Below are positions 50,224 through 59,162 of a DNA stretch of 64,000 nucleotides, in pieces. The notes under the pieces were generated by a model. It was not told where the DNA came from, did not search any database, and worked only from the letters and a program-made list of their open reading frames with translations. How positions within the stretch are numbered: the stretch's first letter is position 1; every line of letters starts with the position of its first letter. The DNA is from an uncultured Rhodospirillaceae bacterium (GTDB taxonomy: Bacteria; Pseudomonadota; Alphaproteobacteria; UBA828), in assembly GCA_963997635.1 (NCBI GenBank), contig CAXEND010000005.1, positions 74,232-138,231 on the forward strand, given 5' to 3'. A program made the position numbers and the translations under genes.

Positions 50224-51240
50224 TTATTTTAATGGTTTCCATTCACCCTTTGGTGTCACTGTTTTTACATTAGGTATAATCTCTTCACCAAATTCTTGAA
50301 TTTGATCTTTTAATTCATTTATTGAGCCAGATGGACACATTAGCATACATGTTACTAAAGAATATCCTTCCTCGGCGAGCTCTGCTAAGTGGTCAATGAT
50401 TTGGTTAATACTTCCTGTAAGTGTATGCCTATCTGAGCTTTTTCCTAAAGATTTATTCCCTTTTATGTGTGCCCAAGCAGCAGCAATCATATAAAAATCA
50501 CTGAGATTACGTTTTGTTTTATCAGCTTCACGACGAATTATATCTTGTAATGGTTTATATAGGGCCGGGTTAAATTGTTGATCAAAAAAAAGTGGGTATA
50601 ATCCATCGCAGTTTTCAATTGCTTTGCGAGCTCCAAATGGAGTATTGCCTCCATATAGAATAGGAGGTCTTGGTGACTGTATTGGTTTAGGATCCATAGA
50701 AATATTATTAAAACGATAATGCAAACCTGAAAAATTAATAGACTTATCAGACCAACAATTTTTGTAGATCTCTATACATTCGCTAGTTTTTTCATTGCGT
50801 GTTTTATAGTTAATATTAAGAGCGTCAAATTCTTCTTTTAACCACCCAGACCCAACTCCGAGCAATAATCTTCCGTTAGATAATTGGTCAATCGTCATAA
50901 ATTGCCTGGCATCAGAGAGTGGGTGCCTATAAGGAGCAATTAGAACGGCAGTGCCAAGTTTTATACGTGAGGTCGCTGCAGCTAATGCCCCCATCAGGAC
51001 AGCTCCGTCTAAAATATTGTGCATTGGTTGATATGGTCGCTCTCCTGACGGGTGGGTACTGCCGGAATTAATAGGCATGCATACATGATCGGGAAACCAA
51101 ATCGAATGAAATAATTTGCTTTCAGCTAATTGTGCTATTTCAATGGCAGATATTTCATCAAAAGGTGTATGTTGAAGAACAAAAGCTTCACCCACTTTTT
51201 TACCTAGACCATGTGTATTAGCGTATAGGCCTATTTCCAT
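50224..51240 (-). CDS. LLM-class flavin-dependent oxidoreductase (paralog of 41608..42636)
   Basis: MEIGLYANTHG... with conserved blocks shared with the paralog. Confidence 0.75.
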   Translation of the reverse strand: MEIGLYANTHGLGKKVGEAFVLQHTPFDEISAIEIAQLAESKLFHSIWFPDHVCMPINSGSTHPSGERPYQPMHNILDGAVLMGALAAATSRIKLGTAVLIAPYRHPLSDARQFMTIDQLSNGRLLLGVGSGWLKEEFDALNINYKTRNEKTSECIEIYKNCWSDKSINFSGLHYRFNNISMDPKPIQSPRPPILYGGNTPFGARKAIENCDGLYPLFFDQQFNPALYKPLQDIIRREADKTKRNLSDFYMIAAAWAHIKGNKSLGKSSDRHTLTGSINQIIDHLAELAEEGYSLVTCMLMCPSGSINELKDQIQEFGEEIIPNVKTVTPKGEWKPLK

Positions 51241-51270
51241 TTATCAACCTCTGAACCAACTTTAAATAGC

Positions 51271-52176
51271 TTAAATAGGATCCCAGCTGAATATATCTGC
51301 TGAGCGAGTTAGGGGAGCAAAATGTGCTTCTAATGCCGGTATAGCTTGTTCTCCTATAGACTCAACATCCCATCCTTCACTTCGATGAACACTACGAATA
51401 GGCTCATAGGGGTCAAATAGAAAGATCTCATTATGTCTTACCGCGAAAACTTGACCAGTTACGTTGTTAGCATCTTCAGAAGCTAGAAATGCTGCTAGGG
51501 GAGCATTTTTTGCAGGCGTCATTTTTTTTAATCGGGCTACCCTTTCTTTTTGTTCATCAGTTTCTGCTGGTATTTCATTAGTCATTCTGCTCCATGCAAA
51601 AGGCGCTATAGCATTAGATCTTACATTAAATCTTTTCATGTCTAGTGCTATGGCTTTTGACAAAGCACAGATGCCTAATTTTGCTGCAGCATAATTAGCT
51701 TGTCCAAAGTTTCCTATAAGCCCTGAAGTGCTTGTCATATGCACAAAGGCACCTGATTCTTGTTTACGGAAATGTTCAGCTGCCGCACGGCTAAGAAAGA
51801 AACTACCGTTTAGATGAACTCCAATTACGGAAAGCCATTGTTCAGGTGTCATTTTGTGAAAAATGGTATCTCTTAATATCCCAGCATTGTTTATAACAAT
51901 ATCAACACGTCCAAATTCCTTAATTGCCGTATCCACTATAGCACTAGCTCCATCCCAGCTATCTACGCTATTAACATCGATGACAGATCTACCTCCTGAA
52001 GAATCTATTATTTGTTTAGTCTCTTCAGCAGGGCTGTTAGACCCACCTTCTCCTGTTACAGATACGCCTATATCGTTTATAACTATTGAGGCTCCAGTTT
52101 TTGCCAGAGTTATTGCTATTTCTCTGCCAATTCCACCACCTGCTCCAGAAACAATTGCAACTTTTCCTTCATTCAC
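51271..52176 (-). CDS. SDR-family dehydrogenase (3-hydroxyacyl-CoA dehydrogenase-like, MFE-2 N-terminal-domain type)
   Basis: VAIVSGAGGGIGREIA cofactor motif. YAAAKLGICALSKAIALD catalytic motif. 301 aa. Adjacent to a MaoC hydratase gene. Confidence 0.65.
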   Translation of the reverse strand: MNEGKVAIVSGAGGGIGREIAITLAKTGASIVINDIGVSVTGEGGSNSPAEETKQIIDSSGGRSVIDVNSVDSWDGASAIVDTAIKEFGRVDIVINNAGILRDTIFHKMTPEQWLSVIGVHLNGSFFLSRAAAEHFRKQESGAFVHMTSTSGLIGNFGQANYAAAKLGICALSKAIALDMKRFNVRSNAIAPFAWSRMTNEIPAETDEQKERVARLKKMTPAKNAPLAAFLASEDANNVTGQVFAVRHNEIFLFDPYEPIRSVHRSEGWDVESIGEQAIPALEAHFAPLTRSADIFSWDPI

Positions 52177-52247
52177 AGTTTTTCTCCTTACAATGACTTT
52201 TTATATTAACAACTGTTAAGTTTCATATTGATCAATTTCGAAGGTTA

Positions 52248-53093
52248 TTATTTAGAAGTAACATATCCATTACTGAGTACAATTTTTTCTCTTTCAATTG
52301 CTGTTGCCTGAAAAGACCCATTTTCCCATGCTTCAATTAATATTGTATCACCTGGAAAGACGGGTGCCGAGAATCTGGCAGACATACTACTAAACCTTGT
52401 GGGGTCATCATTAAAGATCGTTTGTAAAAGTGATTGGCATGCTATTCCAAACGTACAAAGCCCATGAAGAATTGGCTTATCAAAGCCTGCCTTTTGAGCA
52501 ACCTTGGGATCTATATGTAATGGATTAGGATCACCATTAAGGCGATATAGAAGTGCCTGTTCTGGCCTTGTTTGGATCCTTATTGATGGTAGTGCAGGAC
52601 CGGAAGGATTGGGAGGTAATGGTGGTATATTTCCAGATGGTCCATTGTATCCACCATCGCCACGTAACATAATAGTTCTTTTCTCAGTTGCTAAAAGTTT
52701 ACCACTTATTTTATCAGTGAGTTTTTTCTCTAAATATAAGAATGCACCTTTATTACTGCCTTTATCGACTATATCTGTAATTTTTGTTTTGCCAATAACT
52801 GTGCCTGAACTTGGAATGGGGTTCTCAATTCTGATTTCCTGAGCTGCGTGAACAAGTTTTGTAGCATTGACTGTCGTGCCGGGGTCTCCTAACCAGAAAC
52901 CTGGGTGACCTAAGACCGTGCAGAATGAGGGGATCACTTGTGGACCGTTTGACTCATCAACAAACTGTAATTGCCAAGGGTCAAGTTGATTTTGACCTAT
53001 ACCTACTGATATTGCATATCTAATAGTATCTAATTCTGAAAAATCCTGTTGAACATCAGGTATATTAAAAGCCATTAGTTTGTCGTAATTCAC
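52248..53093 (-). CDS. Double hot-dog MaoC-like (R)-specific enoyl-CoA hydratase (hydratase-2 type)
   Basis: The C-terminal hotdog carries the MaoC motif DPNPLHIDPKVAQKAGFDKPILHGLCTFG. The N-terminal half is also hotdog-like. Confidence 0.7.
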   Translation of the reverse strand: MNYDKLMAFNIPDVQQDFSELDTIRYAISVGIGQNQLDPWQLQFVDESNGPQVIPSFCTVLGHPGFWLGDPGTTVNATKLVHAAQEIRIENPIPSSGTVIGKTKITDIVDKGSNKGAFLYLEKKLTDKISGKLLATEKRTIMLRGDGGYNGPSGNIPPLPPNPSGPALPSIRIQTRPEQALLYRLNGDPNPLHIDPKVAQKAGFDKPILHGLCTFGIACQSLLQTIFNDDPTRFSSMSARFSAPVFPGDTILIEAWENGSFQATAIEREKIVLSNGYVTSK

Positions 53094-53158
53094 TAATCAG
53101 ACCCCTTTTGTTTCTAGAATTAATTTAGCTAAATTTAGATTAGCTACACATTGTCATC

Positions 53159-54361
53159 TTAGCCGTCATAGTGTCCAATAATTGCCACACTAGAAACATT
53201 TTGAACTGGATGTCCTCCTAAATTATGTGTCAGTCCATATTTCATATTATTTATTTGTCTTTCACCAGCACGACCTTGGAATTGTAAAAACATTTCATAG
53301 AGCATACGGAGTCCAGAAGCCCCGATGGGATGGCCAAAACATTTTAACCCTCCGTCAATTTGGCAGGGTATTTGCCCTTCAGCATCAAAACGACCATCAA
53401 GAACCGCCTTCCAGGCTTCTCCTTCGTTTGCAAGGTCAAGATCTTCCATCGTGACCAATTCGGTTATTGAAAAACAATCATGGACTTCTGTAGCACTTAT
53501 TTCTTTTCTGGGGTCTTTTATTTGTGCTTCAGAATATGCTCTTTTGGCGGCAATTCGGGTAGTCTTAATATGGGCTCCATTCCAACTATCAAAACCAGAT
53601 TCTTCCCCATTTGATACGCTTAATTGTAATGCCTTAACTGTGACAATATTTGTTTTACCCAAGCTTAGGGCTATTTCTGGTGTGGTTACTATAGCACAAG
53701 CCGCACCATCACTAACTCCACAACAGTCGAAAAGGCCAATGGGTTCTGCAACCATGGGTGCATTAATTGCTTGGTCATGAGTTATTTTTTTTCTTAGATG
53801 GGCTTTTGGATTACCAAGGCCATTATCATGACTTTTAACAGATACATGAGCCATAGCTCGCTTTAGTTCGTTTTTATCAACTCGATGTGCCCCTCTATAT
53901 CCAGCAGCAAGTTGAGCAAAGGCACCTGGTGCTGAAACTGTAGGAGCGGTTAGGTCGTTAGTGACCCCGCGACCACGTGCGGGTAAACCTCCATATCCCG
54001 TATCTTTTAATTTTTCTACGCCGAGAGCGAGTGCAAAGTCTGCAGTGCCAGACGCAACTGCGTAGCAAGCACCACGGAAGGCTTCAGTCCCGCTTGCACA
54101 CATATTTTCAACATGGGTGACTGGAATATATCGAAGTCGAAGTGCCGTTGATAAAGGGATAGCACTTGGCCCGACATTGACTGCGTCAAAAGCTGTACTG
54201 AGCCATGCAGCGTCTATCTCAGAGCTATCAATTCCTGAATCTTCAATACATTCTTCATATGCTTCTGACATCAGGTCTGCAGGTTCAGACTCCCATCGTT
54301 CTCCAAATTTTGAGCAACCCATTCCCAATATTGCAACTTTATCTCTTATACCTTTAGCCAT
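53159..54361 (-). CDS. SCP2/archaeal-type thiolase (thiolase-fold acetyl-CoA C-acyltransferase-like protein)
   Basis: 400 aa. VAILGMGCSKFGE N-terminus typical of SCPx/archaeal thiolases. NMCASGTEAF candidate nucleophile-cysteine region. C-terminal GHPIGASG. Confidence 0.7.
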   Translation of the reverse strand: MAKGIRDKVAILGMGCSKFGERWESEPADLMSEAYEECIEDSGIDSSEIDAAWLSTAFDAVNVGPSAIPLSTALRLRYIPVTHVENMCASGTEAFRGACYAVASGTADFALALGVEKLKDTGYGGLPARGRGVTNDLTAPTVSAPGAFAQLAAGYRGAHRVDKNELKRAMAHVSVKSHDNGLGNPKAHLRKKITHDQAINAPMVAEPIGLFDCCGVSDGAACAIVTTPEIALSLGKTNIVTVKALQLSVSNGEESGFDSWNGAHIKTTRIAAKRAYSEAQIKDPRKEISATEVHDCFSITELVTMEDLDLANEGEAWKAVLDGRFDAEGQIPCQIDGGLKCFGHPIGASGLRMLYEMFLQFQGRAGERQINNMKYGLTHNLGGHPVQNVSSVAIIGHYDG

Positions 54362-54385
54362 ATTATTTCTCCAAAAATTATTGGA

Positions 54386-55822
54386 CTATTCTGGTGATGC
54401 TTTCCAGAAATATTGTCGCATACCCCTATTTTCATCCAAGTGTTTAATTCGAAAATGCATTTTCGTGCTAATACCAACATCAAAACTTTCAGGATCCAAA
54501 TCTGTAAATTCTACCATCATTCTTCCTCCTCCCTCAAATTCTATGAGACCAAAATATGCTGGAGGTTCCATTGAAAAAACTAGGTGATCTGCGGTGTAAG
54601 TCTTAACCTTTGCAGTAGTTTTGGACATTGAGTGTGATTCTTGGGTATTCCTGGCTCGGCAATTTGGATTTACACAATAGATTGATTTTGGGTATTGAAT
54701 AGTTCCGCATTTAGTACATATACCACCCTTAAAACCAGTAACACCCTCCTTGTTCCGATATTGTGCTGTCAGGGCAGGTGGTCTATCTAATTCAGCCCTT
54801 TTTCCAAATTCACGATTTATATTTCCATTAAAAGTGAGAAACTTTTCATAGTTTTTTTCTTCAACTTTTCTATTTAACCATCCTTCTAAGCCTCGATTAG
54901 GCTGATAGTTTTCTATGAGGTCTGTTACTTCAAATACTAATGCATCGCAACCCTGACCAAAGCTTGATATTACCAATTTTTGTCCAGGCTTAGCCTTTGA
55001 AATTGCAGACACAAGCATGACAAGTGGATGAGCAGTTCCACATATACCAACACTATCAATCATAGTATCAACTGCAGAATCAGTATTAATACCACATTGT
55101 TTAGCAATCGATTCTGCTACACGCTTATATTGGCAGGGCACTATAAGATGGTCGATGTCTGAGCCAGAAAGTCCAACTTTGCCCAAGGCCATATTTATTG
55201 CATTAGGAACAGTTTTTAACCATCCCTCTTGGCGGATCCATCTATCTTCCCAAGTATAATCATAGTCATCTCCACTTGCTCTAAAATGATCTATGAAGTC
55301 ATCATTAATTGATGCAGCCCCAAGAAATTTAAGCCCTGGTTTATCATGACTAACAATTAAAGCTGCAGCTCCATCTCCTGATATCATTTCCATTTGACTT
55401 CCTGCCCGTGCTTTGCGGTTATCAGAAGAGATCAACAAAACATCTTGACCTTGGGCAGAAGCAATATCTAGTGCAGTTAAGAGGGAGGTTGTAGATGCAC
55501 GAAGACTCCCTCCTATATCCATTGTCCTTATGTTATTGTGGAGGTTTAACGCTTCGGCAATAATTCCAGCATTTTGACGAACTGCAAATGGTAGCGTTGT
55601 TGAAGCCAAAATAATGGCTTGGATTTTATCGTCAAGACCACACAAATCTTGAGCCGCCTCAACACCCATTGTTATTGAATCTTCATCCCAGCTACACATC
55701 GTACGTTCGCCTTTAGAAAGGCCTTTAAGAGATGGGTCAAACCAACAGTTAGCTTCAGCAATAACGCTTCTCTGTAATCTTCGGCGTGGGAGATACGCTC
55801 CAAATGCTTTGATCCCAACCAA
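54386..55822 (-). CDS. Thiolase-fold condensing-enzyme-like domain (archaeal HMG-CoA-synthase / KAS-III-like) fused to a C-terminal DUF35 Zn-ribbon/OB-fold domain
   Basis: N-terminal VGIKAFGAYLPRRRL...WDEDSITMGVEAA resembles archaeal HMGCS N-termini. The C-terminal ~120 aa carry CTKCGTIQYPKSIYCVNPNCRARN (a CxxC...CxxC rubredoxin-like ribbon) followed by an OB-fold-like segment. Confidence 0.6.
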   Translation of the reverse strand: MVGIKAFGAYLPRRRLQRSVIAEANCWFDPSLKGLSKGERTMCSWDEDSITMGVEAAQDLCGLDDKIQAIILASTTLPFAVRQNAGIIAEALNLHNNIRTMDIGGSLRASTTSLLTALDIASAQGQDVLLISSDNRKARAGSQMEMISGDGAAALIVSHDKPGLKFLGAASINDDFIDHFRASGDDYDYTWEDRWIRQEGWLKTVPNAINMALGKVGLSGSDIDHLIVPCQYKRVAESIAKQCGINTDSAVDTMIDSVGICGTAHPLVMLVSAISKAKPGQKLVISSFGQGCDALVFEVTDLIENYQPNRGLEGWLNRKVEEKNYEKFLTFNGNINREFGKRAELDRPPALTAQYRNKEGVTGFKGGICTKCGTIQYPKSIYCVNPNCRARNTQESHSMSKTTAKVKTYTADHLVFSMEPPAYFGLIEFEGGGRMMVEFTDLDPESFDVGISTKMHFRIKHLDENRGMRQYFWKASPE

Positions 55823-55975
55823 TTTATTTCTCCCGATAATTCTTGATTATTTGACTTACCCTATGTGGAATAGGAACTAATAGTCAGCTTTGTGGAAAAA
55901 CTATGTTTATAATAGCAGGCAATTCGATATATTCTAGATTATATTTTTCTCCTTATCATAAGAGCGGGGATTCTG
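55823..55975. promoter_or_regulatory. Divergent intergenic region between the thiolase/DUF35 cassette and the Mo-enzyme gene
   Basis: 153-bp AT-rich spacer with a small hairpin (cctat-gtgga-atagg). No motif confirmed. Confidence 0.25.
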
Positions 55976-58363
55976 ATGGAGAACAAATTAAATGATCAAA
56001 TTCAGGGGTTTTGTGCCCTATGTTGGTCACGATGCGGTTGTATTTCAGAAATTAAGGACGGTAGACTAGTCTCTGTTAAACCAGATCCAAGTCATCCGAC
56101 CGGTTCAGCCCTTTGTGCAAAAGGAAAATCAGCACCCGAAAAAATTTATAATAAAGACCGAATTTTGTATCCAATGAAGCGGTCACGACCTAAGGGAAAC
56201 AATGACCCTGGATGGATCAGGATATCGTGGGATGAAGCATTAGATACGATCGTGACGCACCTAAATACAATTTCTGAAGAGTCAGGTGCTGAATCAGTAA
56301 GCTTTGGTATTACTACCCCGGCAGGAACCTCAATGAATGACGGTTATGCGTGGGTTGAGCGTTTTCGTCGGGTTTTTGGGAGCCCAAATGCAGCTATTGC
56401 TATGGAACTTTGTGGTTTTTCACGTGATATGGTTTTCCCATATACATTTGGTGTCCCGTTGCCGATGCCAGAGCATAAGAATTCAGATTGTATTATTTTA
56501 TGGGGGCATAATCCGAGTACGACATGGTTAGCACATGCCAAACGTGTAGCCGATGCAAAAGCACGGGGAGCAAAACTTGTAGTCATTGACCCTCGACGTG
56601 TTGGTCTTGCTGTAAAGGCAGATAGTTGGTTAAGAATAAAACCAGGAACCGACGGTGCTTTAGCTCTATGTTTAGCAAACATCCTCATTCAGCAAAAACA
56701 ATTCGATATGGATTTTGTTAGACAATGGACAAACGGTCCTTTTCTAGTACGTGAGGATAATGGGAGGTTTTTGACTACTCAAGATTTATATTCTGATGGA
56801 TCCAGCCGAGAATTTGTCGTTTGGGACTTGGAAAACAAGAAACATGTGGTTTATGATTCTCAGCAAGGTATATATTTAGGTAATGATATAAATTTTTCTC
56901 TTAGTGGTAGATACACCTTTGAAGGGCATAATGGCCGATTAGTGTGTTCTCCAGCATTTTCTTTATATGCAGATCTATGTGCACAATACTCTCCCAAATA
57001 TGTTGCTCAATTAACACAATTGAAGGAGAGTGAGATCATTGACCTGAGTGAAATGATACGTAACTCAAAGGCACTATCAATCTATATGTGGGCTGGGCTT
57101 GAGATGCATACAAATGCATCTCAAACCAATAGGGCCATTGCAATATTGTATTCACTCACAGGTCATTTTGATAATCCTGGCGGGAATGTAATATTAGAAA
57201 CTACAAAAACAAACGATATTTCCGGTGGTGATGAAATATCTCTTACTCAGAAAAAGAAAGCTCTTGGATATTTGGACAGGCCATTAGGTCCAGAGCAAGA
57301 GGGATGGATTAATTCAGATTCACTCTATAACGGGATTCTTCATTCTAGTCCTTATCCAATTCGTGCTCTTATAAATTTTGGAAAAAATTTTCTATTCTCA
57401 CATGCCGATGCAGGAACTGGTGAAGAAGCCTTTAAGTCACTAGAATTTATGGTTCATATTGATATGTTTGGAAATCCTACTTCTTCTTATGCGGATATAT
57501 TTTTGCCAGTTTGTTCCCCATGGGAAAGAGAGGGGATATCGACAGATTTTGTTGTTGATCAGGAGGCTTCGGGACTTGTCCAGTTTCGAAAGAGTGTTTT
57601 GTCCCCTCTGGGTGAGTCACGCTCAGATATTTGGATCGTTTTAGAATTGGCCAAGAGACTTGGGTTCTCTGAAAAGTTTTGGGGAGGAAATTTTGAACGA
57701 GGCATACAGCATTTTATAGAACCTAGTGGAATAGAATTAAAAGATTTAAAAGAGAATCCTAGGGGCATTAACCTTAACCTTTCAACAAGATACAGGAAAT
57801 ACGCAGAGTCTGTTCATGGATTACCCAGAGGTTTTGAGACACATACTAAAAAAGTTGAGATTTACTCCGAGCTTTTCTTGAAACACGGTTATTCTCCGCT
57901 GCCTAAATATATTGAACCGATGGTAAGTATAGGTATACCAAATATTTATAAAAAAACTTACCCTCTCATTTTAACATCGGGTAAATCCCCACATTTTCTC
58001 CAAAGTCAAAATCGTGGAGAAGAATCACTACGGCGTATGGAGCTAGATCCTCTGGTTGAGTTACATCCTTCAACAGCGGAATTAAGAGGAATCCAAGAAA
58101 ATGATTGGATCTGCATAGAAACTCCTCATGGAAAGTTGCGTGCAAGGGCAAAATTTTCAGACTATTTAGATCCGAATGTTGTATCAGCCACACATGGTTG
58201 GTGGCAGAGATGTGAGGCGCTTGATTGTGATGAATTACCAGTACGTGGAGAAACTTCAGCTAATTTAAATTCAGCTATTGGGAGTGATTTTGTTGATCCG
58301 CTTGGGGGGTCTGTTCCTCATAAGTCTTATGTTTGTGAAGTTTTGAAACTTGATTCTAAATAG
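55976..58363 (+). CDS. Molybdopterin (bis-MGD) oxidoreductase, DMSO-reductase superfamily, cytoplasmic single-subunit type
   Basis: N-terminal 4Fe-4S motif CALCWSRCGC...LCAKG (CxxCxxxC...C-KG). 795 aa of MopB-like catalytic domains and a C-terminal molybdopterin dinucleotide-binding domain. No twin-arginine signal. Confidence 0.75.
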   Translation: MENKLNDQIQGFCALCWSRCGCISEIKDGRLVSVKPDPSHPTGSALCAKGKSAPEKIYNKDRILYPMKRSRPKGNNDPGWIRISWDEALDTIVTHLNTISEESGAESVSFGITTPAGTSMNDGYAWVERFRRVFGSPNAAIAMELCGFSRDMVFPYTFGVPLPMPEHKNSDCIILWGHNPSTTWLAHAKRVADAKARGAKLVVIDPRRVGLAVKADSWLRIKPGTDGALALCLANILIQQKQFDMDFVRQWTNGPFLVREDNGRFLTTQDLYSDGSSREFVVWDLENKKHVVYDSQQGIYLGNDINFSLSGRYTFEGHNGRLVCSPAFSLYADLCAQYSPKYVAQLTQLKESEIIDLSEMIRNSKALSIYMWAGLEMHTNASQTNRAIAILYSLTGHFDNPGGNVILETTKTNDISGGDEISLTQKKKALGYLDRPLGPEQEGWINSDSLYNGILHSSPYPIRALINFGKNFLFSHADAGTGEEAFKSLEFMVHIDMFGNPTSSYADIFLPVCSPWEREGISTDFVVDQEASGLVQFRKSVLSPLGESRSDIWIVLELAKRLGFSEKFWGGNFERGIQHFIEPSGIELKDLKENPRGINLNLSTRYRKYAESVHGLPRGFETHTKKVEIYSELFLKHGYSPLPKYIEPMVSIGIPNIYKKTYPLILTSGKSPHFLQSQNRGEESLRRMELDPLVELHPSTAELRGIQENDWICIETPHGKLRARAKFSDYLDPNVVSATHGWWQRCEALDCDELPVRGETSANLNSAIGSDFVDPLGGSVPHKSYVCEVLKLDSK

Positions 58364-58379
58364 AAATATATCTACTAAT

Positions 58380-59150
58380 TTATTTTGAGATAGTTACTCC
58401 TCCATCAACTGATATTGTTTGTCCCGTAGTCCATTTCCCAGCATCAGATGCAAGATAAATAGCGATTCCAGCTAGGTCTTCGGGATCTCCTAGGCGTCTA
58501 AGAGGAGTTCGTTGAATTCTAACTTTACTTGCTTCAGGGTCCTCCCAGAGTTTTCTAGCAAAGTCAGTTTTTACTAAGCCAGGGGCAATGCAGTTTACAC
58601 GTATATTGTCTGGTCCAAGTTCAACGGCAAGATTTCTGGCAAGTTGGAAATCTCCAGCTTTTGAAACACAATAGGTTCCTATAACTTCTGACCCGAAAAA
58701 ACCTCCTATAGATGAAACAAAAATTATAGAACCATCTCGTTTTTTTCGCATCCCTGGGGCTACAAGCTGTGCTAACCATAGATTTGATTGAATATTTGAT
58801 GCCATAGTTTTTGAAAAAATTTCGTCGGGGATATCGAGTGAGGAGCCATAGTGGGGGTTTATTGCAGCATTTCCTATTGCTATATCTATATCACCCCAAC
58901 GTTGATTCGTCTCATAAACCAATTTTTCTAGTTCAGTTTTTCGACCGACGTTGCATGGTATTCCTATTACCTCTAGTCCATCTGAACATAATTCTTCAAC
59001 TACACTGCTTACGCGGCTCTCATCACGGCTTGAAATTACAACGCGAGCCCCATGTTGTGCCAAGGCAGATGCAATAGCTTTTCCAATACCTTTAGTTGAA
59101 CCAGTTACAATGGCATTTCTTCCTGAAAGATCAAAGAGGTTGTTTCCCAT
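58380..59150 (-). CDS. SDR-family short-chain dehydrogenase
   Basis: AIVTGSTKGIGKAIA and YCVSKAG motifs. 256 aa. Confidence 0.75.
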   Translation of the reverse strand: MGNNLFDLSGRNAIVTGSTKGIGKAIASALAQHGARVVISSRDESRVSSVVEELCSDGLEVIGIPCNVGRKTELEKLVYETNQRWGDIDIAIGNAAINPHYGSSLDIPDEIFSKTMASNIQSNLWLAQLVAPGMRKKRDGSIIFVSSIGGFFGSEVIGTYCVSKAGDFQLARNLAVELGPDNIRVNCIAPGLVKTDFARKLWEDPEASKVRIQRTPLRRLGDPEDLAGIAIYLASDAGKWTTGQTISVDGGVTISK

Positions 59151-59162
59151 TTTTAGGTTTCC

